NCBI GenBank assembly: GCA_025786725.1
Contig: JAHLTZ010000022.1
Location: 248,001 to 312,000, forward strand
Length of the DNA: 64,000 nucleotides
Direction of reading: 5' to 3'
Source: Syncephalis fuscata S228
Lineage: Eukaryota > Fungi > Zoopagomycota
Positions within the stretch are counted from its first letter, which is position 1. Each line of letters begins with the position of its first letter. The notes under the pieces were generated by a model that was not told the DNA's origin, ran no database searches, and saw only the letters and a list, made by a program, of their open reading frames with translations. A program made the position numbers and the translations under genes. Below, piece after piece: positions 52,201 through 64,000 of the stretch.

Positions 52201-52708
52201 GCGATACGTTCACATGACAATTTGGAGCGTGTGTATACTAATGTGCCCATAGTATGATAGTATGCAGCCTAGTTCTTTGCTTCAATCTGTTTAGTATTCA
52301 AACATTTGAAACAGCAATGCCAATGATACAGTACATATGATACAGGGCGCGTATATCAACCTGTATTTTTGTTATAAAACTGAATAGTTTGTAAACATAA
52401 GCCTGTTGGTTTTATAAAAATAGCAATAGCTTTGTTGTCTTTTTATTAACGCAAACTTTAATATTTGCATACATTCTAAACAGCGCAAAATGGTAATTCA
52501 GCAACAAGTTTAATGCATTATACTATGATTTTTGTACAAATGTATTTTGTTATGCGTAAACCAGTTGTAATTCATTAAGTTACAAAATATAATGATTGGT
52601 TTATAAGTACATTCAATGCAACATCATGGAAATTTTTACAGAAATAAGCAACGTATTGAATTTGTAAATGTATAGCACCAAGTATATGAATGTTATATGC
52701 TATGCAAT
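49275..52708 (-). repeat. 3.4 kb segmental duplication, copy B (inverted copy of 16643-20078)
   Basis: Direct reverse-complement comparison over the whole length. Confidence 0.95.
49543..51982 (-). CDS. Microexon gene copy B (exon 1 51982-51886, 28 exons of 3 nt, stop completed at 49544-49543); may be pseudogenised
   Basis: All 28 triplets and their donors read identical to copy A, including the ATA start and the ACAAGT, ATAAGT and GCGACA donors. TATA at 52061-52067. Confidence 0.8.
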
Positions 52709-53071
52709 TTTCAACATTTAAAATGGCAACTAGTTGAGGTTGGTTGATAATCAGTTGTGTAATAAAGGCTCTTGTAGTGTAATGCACTACAGCATTTTTA
52801 CCAATAATTAATTCTATGCAGCCACTAATTCCATCAAATGCTTAGCTGTGAGATAATCTGTAATTGCCAAATTAAATGCAACACAATGTATAAACGCTAT
52901 AATACGTATATAAGACACTCCAGATGAATACTATCAAGTTTGGATGCACAGTAATAGCAAAATGCGCAATAACAGTAATTATTTAAAATCCAACTGATGC
53001 TAATGCCTAAAAAAGTAATTCCTAGACAAATCAAACAAATTACTTACAGAAAAACAAAATAGATTAGATAT

Positions 53072-54460
53072 CAATAAACGATTGACAATTTAAATCGACT
53101 GGTTTAGTTTTATAGAAATCTATGCTAAAAAACAAGTCATTGCAGACATACTAACCTAGACCGAATTTGACAGAAATTAACTGATGCTGATGCAGCTAAA
53201 ACAACAGCGTTAAATAAAATGAAACGCAATGAAGCAAAAGGCATTGTATACGACATCTGATAAAGCCGTAATATGCGTGTGTTAATTACTTTTAACATAA
53301 ACTAGTAATTGTTAAGCATTAAATGATACTTTAGTATTGATATAGTTTATAATGCCAATTATTTTTACTGACAAATGCTTACAATTATACACCGGCTTTA
53401 AATGTAATTACACAACCGCTAAACAAATTAACTATTGCAATCGTTGTTTTAAGTACTTATTACAATAGGCAACCGATATTCTATACTGTTACGATAATAG
53501 AAAACAAAATAGCCTTTATTGTTGGCTATTAATAATATTGTAGATATTTACAAGACAAATGGAGATTTACAATCTCAATTAAACAGTTTTAAATTTGTAA
53601 ATAACGAATAGAACTAGAGACGGATAAATAGTACTTTGAATAAGATGTGATAAGTATAGAATATGCTGACGTACAATGATAAAATATAGAAGAGAAGGGA
53701 GATGAGTGAATGGGTTAAAGTTGAAGAAATAAGCATGATATAAACAGCAATACTGTGAATCATTTAATCACCACCAGTATAATACCACAAACTGTTATGG
53801 GCAATAGTATTTTGTAAAAATAGCTGTTGGTAAAGTATAATGGCCTTGTAATAAAAAAGCCTCAATAGCGTATAAATGATGTCGCCATTGTTTCATTAAT
53901 GGCATAAGCAAATATAGAATTGTATTGGTATGGTAGACAGAATAGATAGTATGAATGTGATGATTATATGATATTGTTTATTAGGTATTAGTTATATTAT
54001 TAATATGCATTGTCCCTGCGTTAAAACCTTTTTACTTGAATTATGACAACGTCAATAAAGCAACAGTACTATAATATACTTTCGAATCTATACAATATAG
54101 TAACATTTGAACAAAAGCCAAATAGTCAGAGATAAAAACAGCAATTATTTTATTTATCGGTGCTATTGTTGAATAACTAACAATAGAATGCATATTCAAT
54201 ATGTAAATACCGTCAAGTGCAAAGAAAAAGAAAGGGAGATGTAATAATGTAGATTGTATGTTGTTGTTAATATGAGTGAATTAATACAATGTGAAATAAA
54301 AGCATCATTAATGTGAATAAAAAGTACGTCATTTGACACCAAACTACTCATTATTATAGAACATATATTCAGTATAATAGCAAGTATGTTAAAAGATCAA
54401 TTAAAAAAATAAAAGTCATTTGACTTCAAAATTGCTTATTATCATAGAACATGTTCATTA
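53072..54460 (+). repeat. Dispersed 1.4 kb AT-rich repeat, copy 3
   Basis: Near-identical to 31197-32590. Confidence 0.95.
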
Positions 54461-54630
54461 GTAAAACGGTAAATTAATAGAGATATTATACAATAAAAAG
54501 TCAATACAGGTGTAATCATAGAATGTGTTTGTTAATAAAATTTAAAATGTATTAACCACATAATGTTTAAACTGCAAATAATTTTGATACTAAATTACTT
54601 TTTATTTCATATATTCTAACAAAAGAAAGA

Positions 54631-56296
54631 ATGAATAAGCATTTGTTGCGTAGATGTTTAAGACCGCCAGCTGCCGCGCTGCCACACTATTTACCTGCTT
54701 ATAGAGTAGTGATAGCAAAACGATTGTTGGCCAGTGGGCGTCATAGCAATAACAACAACATCAATAAAAACGACAATATTAATGACGATGACGATTATGA
54801 TTCGCCAGCAAGATACGAACGCGTCTTTCCTATGCGTGCAGCTGATTTAGAGGGGCGTACGCATACGCCGTTAAGACTTGCTGACGTATTACCCGAGCTT
54901 GCTTCAAAGGAAGCAGGCCCGACCACTTCAGGGGAATCTGCGCACAGCACCGCCGACACAGACAAAGAGGAGGAAGAAGCGCGAAAGAAGAATAGCGCGC
55001 GAAAAGCGCTATTTGATTTGCCATGGCTAATCGTCAAAATTACGGTTGCTTTTGGTGCAGCAACGGTTGCAGCCGGTGGTGTTGGATGGATGGGACTACA
55101 CGCGTTTGCTGAGTATTATGCCACACCCGATAAGCGTTTGCCGAGTGAAGTACGTAGTCTATTGCGCGGCGCTTATGTTCGCGATACACTACTGCCAGAA
55201 CCAGCTGCAGTAGCAAAATACTTGGAAAAGGCACTTGTGATGATGGAGATGAGCTCAGCGGAAATACCGCGCAGTGTTATAATCGCCACCCACTACTGGC
55301 TTGCCTATACGTTTGAACGACTAGGACGACTTGCCGAGGCTGCAGATATGTATCGACATGTATTAAAGGCGTGGTCAACGACCGAGCGTAAGCAACCGGC
55401 AAGTATGATTGAAGTATCGCGTATGGTTGCCGTGTCTCGACGTTTAGGCGAAACACTAACAAGGCTAGGCCAGTTTGATGAGGCCGGCCGTGTACTATGG
55501 GCCGCAGTCTATATTGCGAAGCCACTTGATACCGATTATTTAAACATCAAGTCAATGATGCCAGAAAAACATTACGATGATAACAGCAACAATCATCAAC
55601 AACAACAGGAACAACATAGCCGCACTGACAGCACATACTATCATTCACCTGAGGCTGTTCGCTGTGTTGTATCACTTGCTAATGTACTTGCATTACAGCG
55701 CAATTTCGACGACGCACTGACTTTATATGCCGGTGCACTTCACGCTGCTCAATCGGGTATTCAACAAGAACAGGCAACCGGTCAAAAGGCCAAGGTTTAT
55801 TGGTCACATACAGCAGTGCCAGCAAGTAATACATGGACCTGTTTAGATGCGCAGGTCATGGGGCATCTTGCCGAGATCTACGCGGTTCAAAACGACATAG
55901 CACGTGCTGGTGAATGGTCACGTAAAGGACTTGAGCTATCGAAGGCAGTAACGGGGGAACCAGCCTGTGATTCATGTACCGGTATGATTCTTGCAAATCT
56001 TGCTTTATTAAAGGAGGTAAGTAATAGTAGTATGTATATGTATATGTAAAACAGGATTAATCAGCAAATTAACCAAAAAAATAACTCCACTAATTTACTA
56101 ACTCATTGATTAATCAATTCATTTATTTGTTTATTTATTGATCTAATAATTGTAGGCGACTGGACATGACAAAGAAGCGCAACAGCTATTTTCACGAGCA
56201 CATAGCTATGCCAAAAAAGCCAATGACATTCAAGCAATGCTCGAATATGGCCATAAAGCGCGCCAATTACGCGTAGCACTTCAAGAGGCTAGTTGA
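54631..56296 (+). CDS. Probable mitochondrial inner-membrane TPR protein (Mgr3-like); 2 exons, intron about 56017-56155
   Basis: Arg-rich presequence-like N-terminus, one TM segment (LIVKITVAFGAATVAAGGVGWMGL), TPR-like helices (LAYTFERLGRLAEAADMY; LGETLTRLGQFDEA; LANVLALQRNFDDALTLY). Confidence 0.7.
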
Positions 56297-58023
56297 GTAC
56301 TTTTTTGTTTATTCATTTTCTAGGTCGTTCCGTTGTTTCTCGTTTGGTTTAATCATGATACCAACATTCCATATAGTAGAATAATAAACAAAATCATATA
56401 TCATTTTAATTACTTTATATTAATAATACTAAAATATTGATTATGACCTAACAATGTAATTAATATACTTATAGAGAATATATTAGATAGTTTGTATGTG
56501 TAACACTTGTTACGAGAGTTTCATATCAGTATAGTAATAATAAATGAAAATAGTGATACCATTAAAAATAGCGTTTATTTAATCATTACATTAAGTATCT
56601 TAATGTATATTAGTATTTGAAATGAAAAAATAGCTTATATAATATTCATGTGGGCTTAGCTAAATATTTAACTGAGCGCCGTACCTAACTGCTTTGTCAA
56701 ATAATGTATACACATTTATTAAAAGAAAACTTAATAATAAGACTATTTATAGTTTATGTGATATTAAATTACATATTCTAAGCACTACAACATATTTGTT
56801 AGATAATTGATGTTGTTGTGTTACTTATTAAAATCTCAAACAAACTAAAAGAAACTGGTCTGTATGTTCGTCCATTATGGATGGTTAATATACATATACT
56901 TTAAACTACCACTTAAATGTGCTTCATTGATCTGCATTTTATTTCCACGATATATTTTATACAATGTACGTATCACTATTTTGTTATAATCATAAACGAA
57001 TAGTTTACTCTAGTTGTTTTAAACTAAGTTAATAGTATCGTGAAACTTTTTATTGCTGGGATCGGCACTCTATTCATGATTTTGGTTAATATAACCACAA
57101 TGGATGCTAAATCAATTCAGTTGTCGTCATATGTCGCAGTTACAATAGATATGCAATGTGATATGCTTGCTAGCATTATGTCAACTACTGCTGATATTAG
57201 GTGATAGGTCATGTTTTGTAGATTATTGTCCAGCACTTACTGTACGGTGCTCTACACACTTATAAACACAATAACCACATGTAATCATTCGATAGTTTTT
57301 GATCATGCATAGCTATTTATACATTAATCAGACATTACTTGTCAATGTAAAATAGACCAGTCGATATCATTGAACAAAGCCAAGTTTATTACAAACTACA
57401 AACCAAGCGTTATATTTGCAATACAGAGTGTAATAAATAGAGGGCATAGCAATATGGATGCTGATGAACAATGCATGCTATAGAATAGTCTGTAGTTACT
57501 GATTATTGCACTGCTATGTTTTAATATGATTACTGCCAGATATTTGACAAATATGAACTATGCACTTGGCTTGATACTGTTTCAATTGCTTTTTAATTAT
57601 AATGAATATTAGCTGTAAACTACAGATCATATATGGTGTTATAACATTTACAATATAGCAATAAAAATACATTGAATTAAAATAGAGAAATCATTTATAC
57701 GATTGATGTAGCTATTTTGTATTCCTTTATTGCTACAACCAGACTTCTTTTATCATAGGTTGCAACTCTGTGGTATTTAAAAGGAACATTTTAATGTGTG
57801 GCAACGGACCAAATGTGATTTATTTGCAAACAAATGCTAAATACAATTCGGACAAAATTATCCGGTACTGATGTCGCCATAATATTGTTATTTATACGTC
57901 ATCATCTTGCCTCGAGTCCTTCTCTTACTTATTCCATCATTATTCGTATCCACTTTGGCTCTTTGTTTATCTCTGTTTATTGCTTTACTACTACTTTTTC
58001 ATCACTCCACACAAATAACCACG

Positions 58024-58506
58024 ATGCTTCCACCACTTGCCAAAGAAACTGTTGAACTTGCTGCGCCGCTTGACACGCCTTACACGGCTGCTGAGCTTGC
58101 TAAGCACGATGGCTCTGATCCGTCCTTGCCTACGTTGGTCGCCATCAAAGGCATTGTGTTTGACGTGTCATCTAGCGAACATTACAAGCCTGGCTCCAAC
58201 TACAACAAGCATTTGCCGGCAAAGACGCCTCTCGTGTAAGTGAAACTGTATTTTATTTTATTAAAAACAATCGTATACTTATATAGCTATAACTTTTATT
58301 AGGCACTGGCCAAGTCGTCGTTGAACCCTGAAGACTGCATTTCCAATATTGACGACTTGTCCGAATCAGAGGTAAATAGCAAAAGTATTATTCCTATTCT
58401 TATCTAACCTGACCACCAATTCTAGTCAAATACTTTGCACCAATGGCTCGATCGTTTTACTGCCAAGTACAACATCGTCGGCAAGGTCATTAACCAAACC
58501 GGATAA
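58024..58506 (+). CDS. Cytochrome b5-like heme/steroid-binding protein (MAPR/Dap1 family), 3 exons; 1-nt frameshift at about 58209
   Basis: YTAAELAKHDGSDPSLPTLVAIKGIVFDVS...FAGKDASR|ALAKSSL...W...KYNIVGKV. Confidence 0.88.
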
Positions 58507-58632
58507 CTATGAATTGACATGTGTACATCATTGTGCACTGTAGTCATTGTTTGTGCCCATGACAAATATTAAATGACTATTGAGCATATTGTTAATTTAT
58601 TATTAATATGTCAAAAACATAATAAGTAGTTT

Positions 58633-61600
58633 TTAAAGTCCGGCAAAAGCATCGGCAAACATTTGTTTTCTTTGTTGTGCAAATTGTTTTGAAATACCAG
58701 TGGCAGGCGCAGGACATGGTCCACTGCCAATATAGCCAAGCTATAAATACATATTATTAACATGTAATTCATTATTATTATTATTCAGTTAATTTACCTT
58801 TTGTTCATTTGGAAGTATTTGTCCAAGGCGGGGCGCCATAAATGTAAAGGCGCCGCTATTTTGAGGCTCTTCTTGACACCAGACATATTCTTTTACAAGA
58901 TAATACAATGGTTAGTGATGGTTCATAAATAACCGAACAACATACCAGTAGCATTTGAATAGTTGCTCATCTCACGTATTAAGGCATCTCGTGGGAATGG
59001 TGCCAATTCCTTAATAGTTAAAAGAAATAAATAAAATGTTATGCTATGAATCAGTGTTGCTTACTTCGACACGTATAAATGCTACAACATCTTCTAGTCC
59101 GCGTGCTGTTCGTTCTTTAATTAAGTCATAATAAATCTTGCCAGATACAAAGGCCACTCGTTTAACACTACCATCATGGTTATTTACCACTATTAACATT
59201 CTAATTGCACAACTTACTTGCTTGGATTAGTTACATGCAGATCCGATAGAACTGGTTGAATGAAGTAGTGGGAAGCATGTCATTTATATCCGATACAGCC
59301 GCCTATATTCACTATTAGCTACTTGTAACATTACATTCTGTCTGCTATACATACTGGAAGACGAAGCAATGTCTTGGGTGCCACAACAATTAATGGTTTG
59401 CGGAATGGTCGGCGCATTTGACGACGCAATACGTGGAAATACTGCGCGGGTGTTGTGCAGTTAACAATATGCATGTTAGGATTGACTTGATGTTTGGATC
59501 ATTGACATCAAATCGATCATCGCAAATCTATATTGGTGTAAAATGTATTAGACACACATCTATGCTATTTAACAAGATCATTTACCTGTAAGAATCGCTC
59601 TACACGGCATGAAGAGTGTTCGGGACCAGCACCATCATAACCGTGCGGCAATAAGAGGTTAGGCCTGATTGACGCAACCATTTAGCTAATAGATAGTACA
59701 TCAATTAGTTAATCACCTATTCACATTAACAACTGCTTAGTATTCTACTTACATTCACTGCTTGAGATGTAAGTATCAATAATGACCTGAGCTGTATTGT
59801 TAAAATCACCAAACTGAGCCTCCCAAATATTGAGTGAATTGGGTGTTTCAAGTGACATGCCATACTCGAATCCCATGACAGCAAATTCGGATAAACTACT
59901 GTTGGCAACTTCCAATTTGCCTTGGTTGGATGTCATAGCATTCAATGGAATGTGTACACGTTCAGTACGCTGACAAACAAGCATGGCATGACGCTGACTA
60001 AACGTGCCACGTCCTACATCTTGACCACTAATGCGTACGTGATATCCTATGTGTGAAGGCATTAATGATTGCTATACTAATATCTATCAAGCTAAATACC
60101 TTCAAGCATAAGTGAGCCAAATGCCAATGCTTCTGCAGTAGCCCAATCAGGTTTTTGCCTTCATTCAGCTTTTGAATACGCGATTGAATGTGATAGCGTT
60201 GAAGACGAGGATGAATAGCCTACAAATATTACAAATGTGTTAATACAAAATAATAGTTGTAATTAATTAACTAATCATTACCATATCGGATGGGCTAGCC
60301 ACTGAAGCACGTCCTACTTGTTCTAGTACATCTTGAGCCACACCTAAATACTCAATAGCTATTAGTAATTATAATTAAATAGCTATTAATCTTTACCTGT
60401 CTCGATCTCGCTAATAGTCTCAGTTGGTAGAGTCATTACATTCCATTTGCCCTTTAGGTGATCGGCCTATAATCTATTATAAATATCATTGCTTTGCTTA
60501 TGGTTTAGCACTGACCTCAGGCTTGAATTCACCAACTCTGGTCATTTCAATATCCAAACGATTGTATGCTTCATTACGAATGCTATTAACATCCTCTTGA
60601 CCAAGAATACCTTCAGCCTATTAATATTGATAAATAGATATTCAATAATTATACAAATTAGTTATAAACACATACAATAAGCTTTTCTTCATAAAGACGT
60701 GGAACACTTTTACGGCTACGAATAGTTTCGTACATTAAAGGCTGAGTGAATCCAGGTTCATCGAGTTCATTGTGGCCCCAACGACGATAAGTAATCAAAT
60801 CGACCACAACATCCTAAATATGACAGCGTTTTAATTAATATCTATTATTTGTTATTACCATTAATTGATATACCTTGCGGAACTTATTACGATACTCAAA
60901 TGCAATATCCATGGCACGGGCGACATCCTAATAAAGTAATATATGCATGTTCACTAATACAATATTTTATAATAACATTAGCTTACCTCAGGATAATCTC
61001 CATTAACGTGAATAACTGGTGCATTAACCATTTTGCCAATATCTGATGCGTAGATAGATGAACGAGCATTCATTGCCGGTGTTGTGTAGCCCAACTGATT
61101 ATTGACAATCAAATGAATAGAGCCACCAGAGGTGAAATGAGATAGATTGGATAGACCAAGTGTCTCCATCACAACTCCCTATATTACAGCATTAATATAG
61201 TGCTGTAATACATTTATAATAACCATGTTAAATACCTGACCGGTAAATGCCTATTATGTGGCTGTAATTAGTAAATATGATACTGTTACTACTTTTGCAA
61301 ATTACTTACTGCATCACCGTGTAGCTGTACACACATAACACGATCGCCTAATTGACAATTCTCGTCGGTATTTGTATCATAAAGACCCATTTGCTTGGCA
61401 CGTGCTTTGCCTAAAGCAACAGGATTTACCGCCTAGAATAAATAGATTAATAGCGATCAACAAGCATTATTAAATTTATATTCGATGTTACCTCAAGATG
61501 TGATGGATTATGTAGCAATTCAACGTGAATTGGCTCTTTTGCTCCGTAATCAATATAAGGATTGGCACCTATATAGTATTAGTATAATAGTCAATTAAAT

Positions 61601-62883
61601 GACAATGAATTGTATTCACCGATATGTGATAGTACATCACCGATGCCAGGTAAGCCTTCAGGGAATTCAGAATTGCCTTTAATCTTGTGGAACAAGGCTT
61701 GTGGTGAATATTTCAATAAATCAACCAGTAAATTTAATCGACCCCGATGAGCCATACAAATAACAGCTTCTCGAATACCGGCTATATTATTAATTAGTAT
61801 AATATTGATTAATTATATATTAAAATTGCTTAAATTATTATATTTATCTAATTACCATGATTTGCTTGAGAGAATAGCTGATCCAATGCTACTACATGGC
61901 TTCAGCTCCCTCGAGACCATAGCGTTTGGTTTGCGGGAATCGCTTTTGCATAAACTGGTCGAATACCTATATTTATATTATAGATTAGTAGCTTATTAAT
62001 GCTATATTGTCAGTCAAACTACCTCTGAACGAGCAAGAAGTTCATAGTAACGCTTCTTGCACTCTTCAGTAACAGGCGGCCTTTCAAGTGATTCTACACA
62101 ATGAGCAAACCATCTTCGCTCGCTGGCATCCTATAACAGTGGTTTGTTATTCATTACACTGACTGACTGTGTCTATTCAAGTACCGGCATATAGGTGAAC
62201 TCGTGAGCAATGCGTCCACAATAAGTGCTTCGTAAGTGTTCAACAATAGTAGATAGACTGGCCTTTTCGACATAAGTACTAGAGGATTTATCGTCGTTCA
62301 TATGTAGAATTCCTATACAACCCATAAGTAATTAATATTATAAAGTTTACTATATACTTGCCATTAAGATTATAGACCTGGGTTGAATCGTTTAATCCAT
62401 AGCGAGATGGCTGAAGTGCAACATGTTCGCTAGAATGTAATGTTAGTTACAATTACTGTTATACATCCAATTAACTTACTCTAGCTCCTGAAGGCCTAAT
62501 GGATCCAAATTGGCATTTCGGTGCCCGTGTGTACGGTAAGCAATAACCAGTCGTAATAGATTGGCATTTTCTCTTCGGTTATCGAGTTGCTCTTCAGTAT
62601 CTTTAAGATAGCAATATTATTAAATCGGAGTTTAATATGAAAGCTATTAGTCACGCTACTACTTACAATCGGGCATATGGAAACGTTTTGGACGACGATA
62701 ACCATAGACACCGTCGTCGTGGTAAAAACGCGTCAGTGCTGGCAATGGTTTATACGAAGAAAGTGCTGGCCGTATATTGCTACTAGCAGCAATAGGTAAT
62801 GAACGTGCCCACGTACGCTGGCTACGTAATACTGCGCTTGACGTCCCACGCATGGTCGCTTGCGCCAAACGAAGAAACGACAT
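58633..62883 (-). CDS. DHTKD1: 2-oxoadipate / 2-oxoglutarate dehydrogenase E1 component, DHTKD1-like; many introns including a 15-nt exon (AFTGQ)
   Basis: Presequence, then [10 protein letters not shown]; [19 protein letters not shown]|AFTGQ|[73 protein letters not shown]. Confidence 0.9.
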
Positions 62884-63808
62884 GATTACAGTGTGTTTTT
62901 ATGCACGTAATCCCAATAGACAGCGACAACAACAGCGAAAGAGTAAACAAGATAAAGAAAGCAAGATAGGAGAGTGGGAGTGAGAGAGCAAAGAGATAGA
63001 ACAAGAGGCTGTATAACTGTCCGCCTTGGGTCGCACTGCTTTTATCTATGCCATCTCGAGGGATATACGACGGCCAAGTCGTCTATCGTCGCCAAAGATG
63101 GCCTGACACCCAAAGAAGGTCGTATAGTTTTTAAGGCTTAGTCAGTGTTGTCGTGCGTGTTATGGGGCAACTCATCCATATGTGATAGTTTGCGTGGGAA
63201 AAATCAAATCAATAGTTTTTATCAATGTAATTCACGTCGAGTCGGTTTCGATTCGCCTCGGGTCGATTAATAAAGCTTTTGATTAGTAGGTGGCGTTTTG
63301 CTCACACCAATTTTTGATTCCTCCTCTCAACTCCATCTACATCCACGTATACTGCCTGTCAGTGCCGGAGCGCAAAGTCCTCCTCGTATCCATCCCGGAG
63401 TTAAACAACCTTGCGACAACGCACCAACTGTAAGTATATCTATCCATCCATCTATCCATCCATCCATCTAGCTATTTAGTGCTACTTGGTTTATCTGTTC
63501 ATCTGCTTAAAGATACGCGTATTTGCCAAACGATTGAAACGGTAAATGGATGGTGGTGGCGTTTTTATAGCACTGAATAGCTTGACCAACTGACCAAGCG
63601 ATTATGCATTGCACGCTTTAACAAGCCGGTGCTATTAGTTGCAACTACTAGCTACAGACGAGACAATACTGCTGCTGCTTTATTTGCTAGTCTAAAAGTC
63701 AAATGCAAGCATTAAAGCTGCAATGACAGTAGATTCTACCTACCGCCTCTGTTGCTTATAAAATCATATACTAACCATAGCTTTTATTTTGTTATCTAGT
63801 AAGCTACC

Positions 63809-64000
63809 ATGTCCAACACTTCCGAACAGGCTGTTGTCTACGCTTCCCTCATCCTCCAGGATGACAATGTGGAAATCACCGTATGTAACACTATAATTTG
63901 CTATTGTAACTGGTCTAATAATGTTTATTATACATACGACAAATAGGCTGACAAGATCCAAACCCTTGTCAAGGCTGCTGGCGTCGATGTTGAACTTATC
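63809..64000 (+). CDS. RPP1: 60S acidic ribosomal protein P1, runs off the window; coding intron 63881-63947, probable 5'UTR intron 63430-63799
   Basis: MSNTSEQAVVYASLILQDDNVEIT|ADKIQTLVKAAGVDVELI. Confidence 0.9.

Noticed and set aside
20955-60160. Frameshifts in the F-box-like, ABCB, PIN-like, SWIB, MAPR and DHTKD1 genes as programmed frameshifting or pseudogenes
   Set aside because: Those I could resolve are single missing bases in short homopolymers within otherwise intact conserved genes, the typical signature of long-read consensus error.

Overview
Eukaryotic, AT-rich fungal DNA with many short GT-AG introns. The gene set (DHTKD1, a BCH-domain RhoGAP, DDB1) suggests an early-diverging fungus; that placement is inference. 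About 20 ordinary genes are present: APC10, QCR7, DDB1, an F-box/LRR protein, a quinone oxidoreductase, an ABCB/MDR transporter, a PIN-like carrier, NAA30, a SWIB protein, COX23, a RhoGAP, a TPR protein, a MAPR/cytochrome b5-like protein, DHTKD1 and RPP1, among others. Several carry single-base homopolymer indels that look like assembly errors. The standout feature is almost invisible to the ORF track. It is a gene present in two near-identical inverted copies (17371-19811 +, 49543-51982 -). A signal-peptide exon ending in Kex2-type RR is followed by 28 consecutive 3-nt microexons, separated by mostly homologous 71-82 nt introns. Splicing all of them in phase 1 gives the Cys-rich peptide DNAVSCAKIFMCFAGQKCLSCGHTGPCD, with the stop codon formed exactly at the last junction. 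Both copies have ATA at the start position and three degenerate donors, so whether the gene is active is open. A dispersed 1.4 kb AT-rich repeat and several hairpins are also present.
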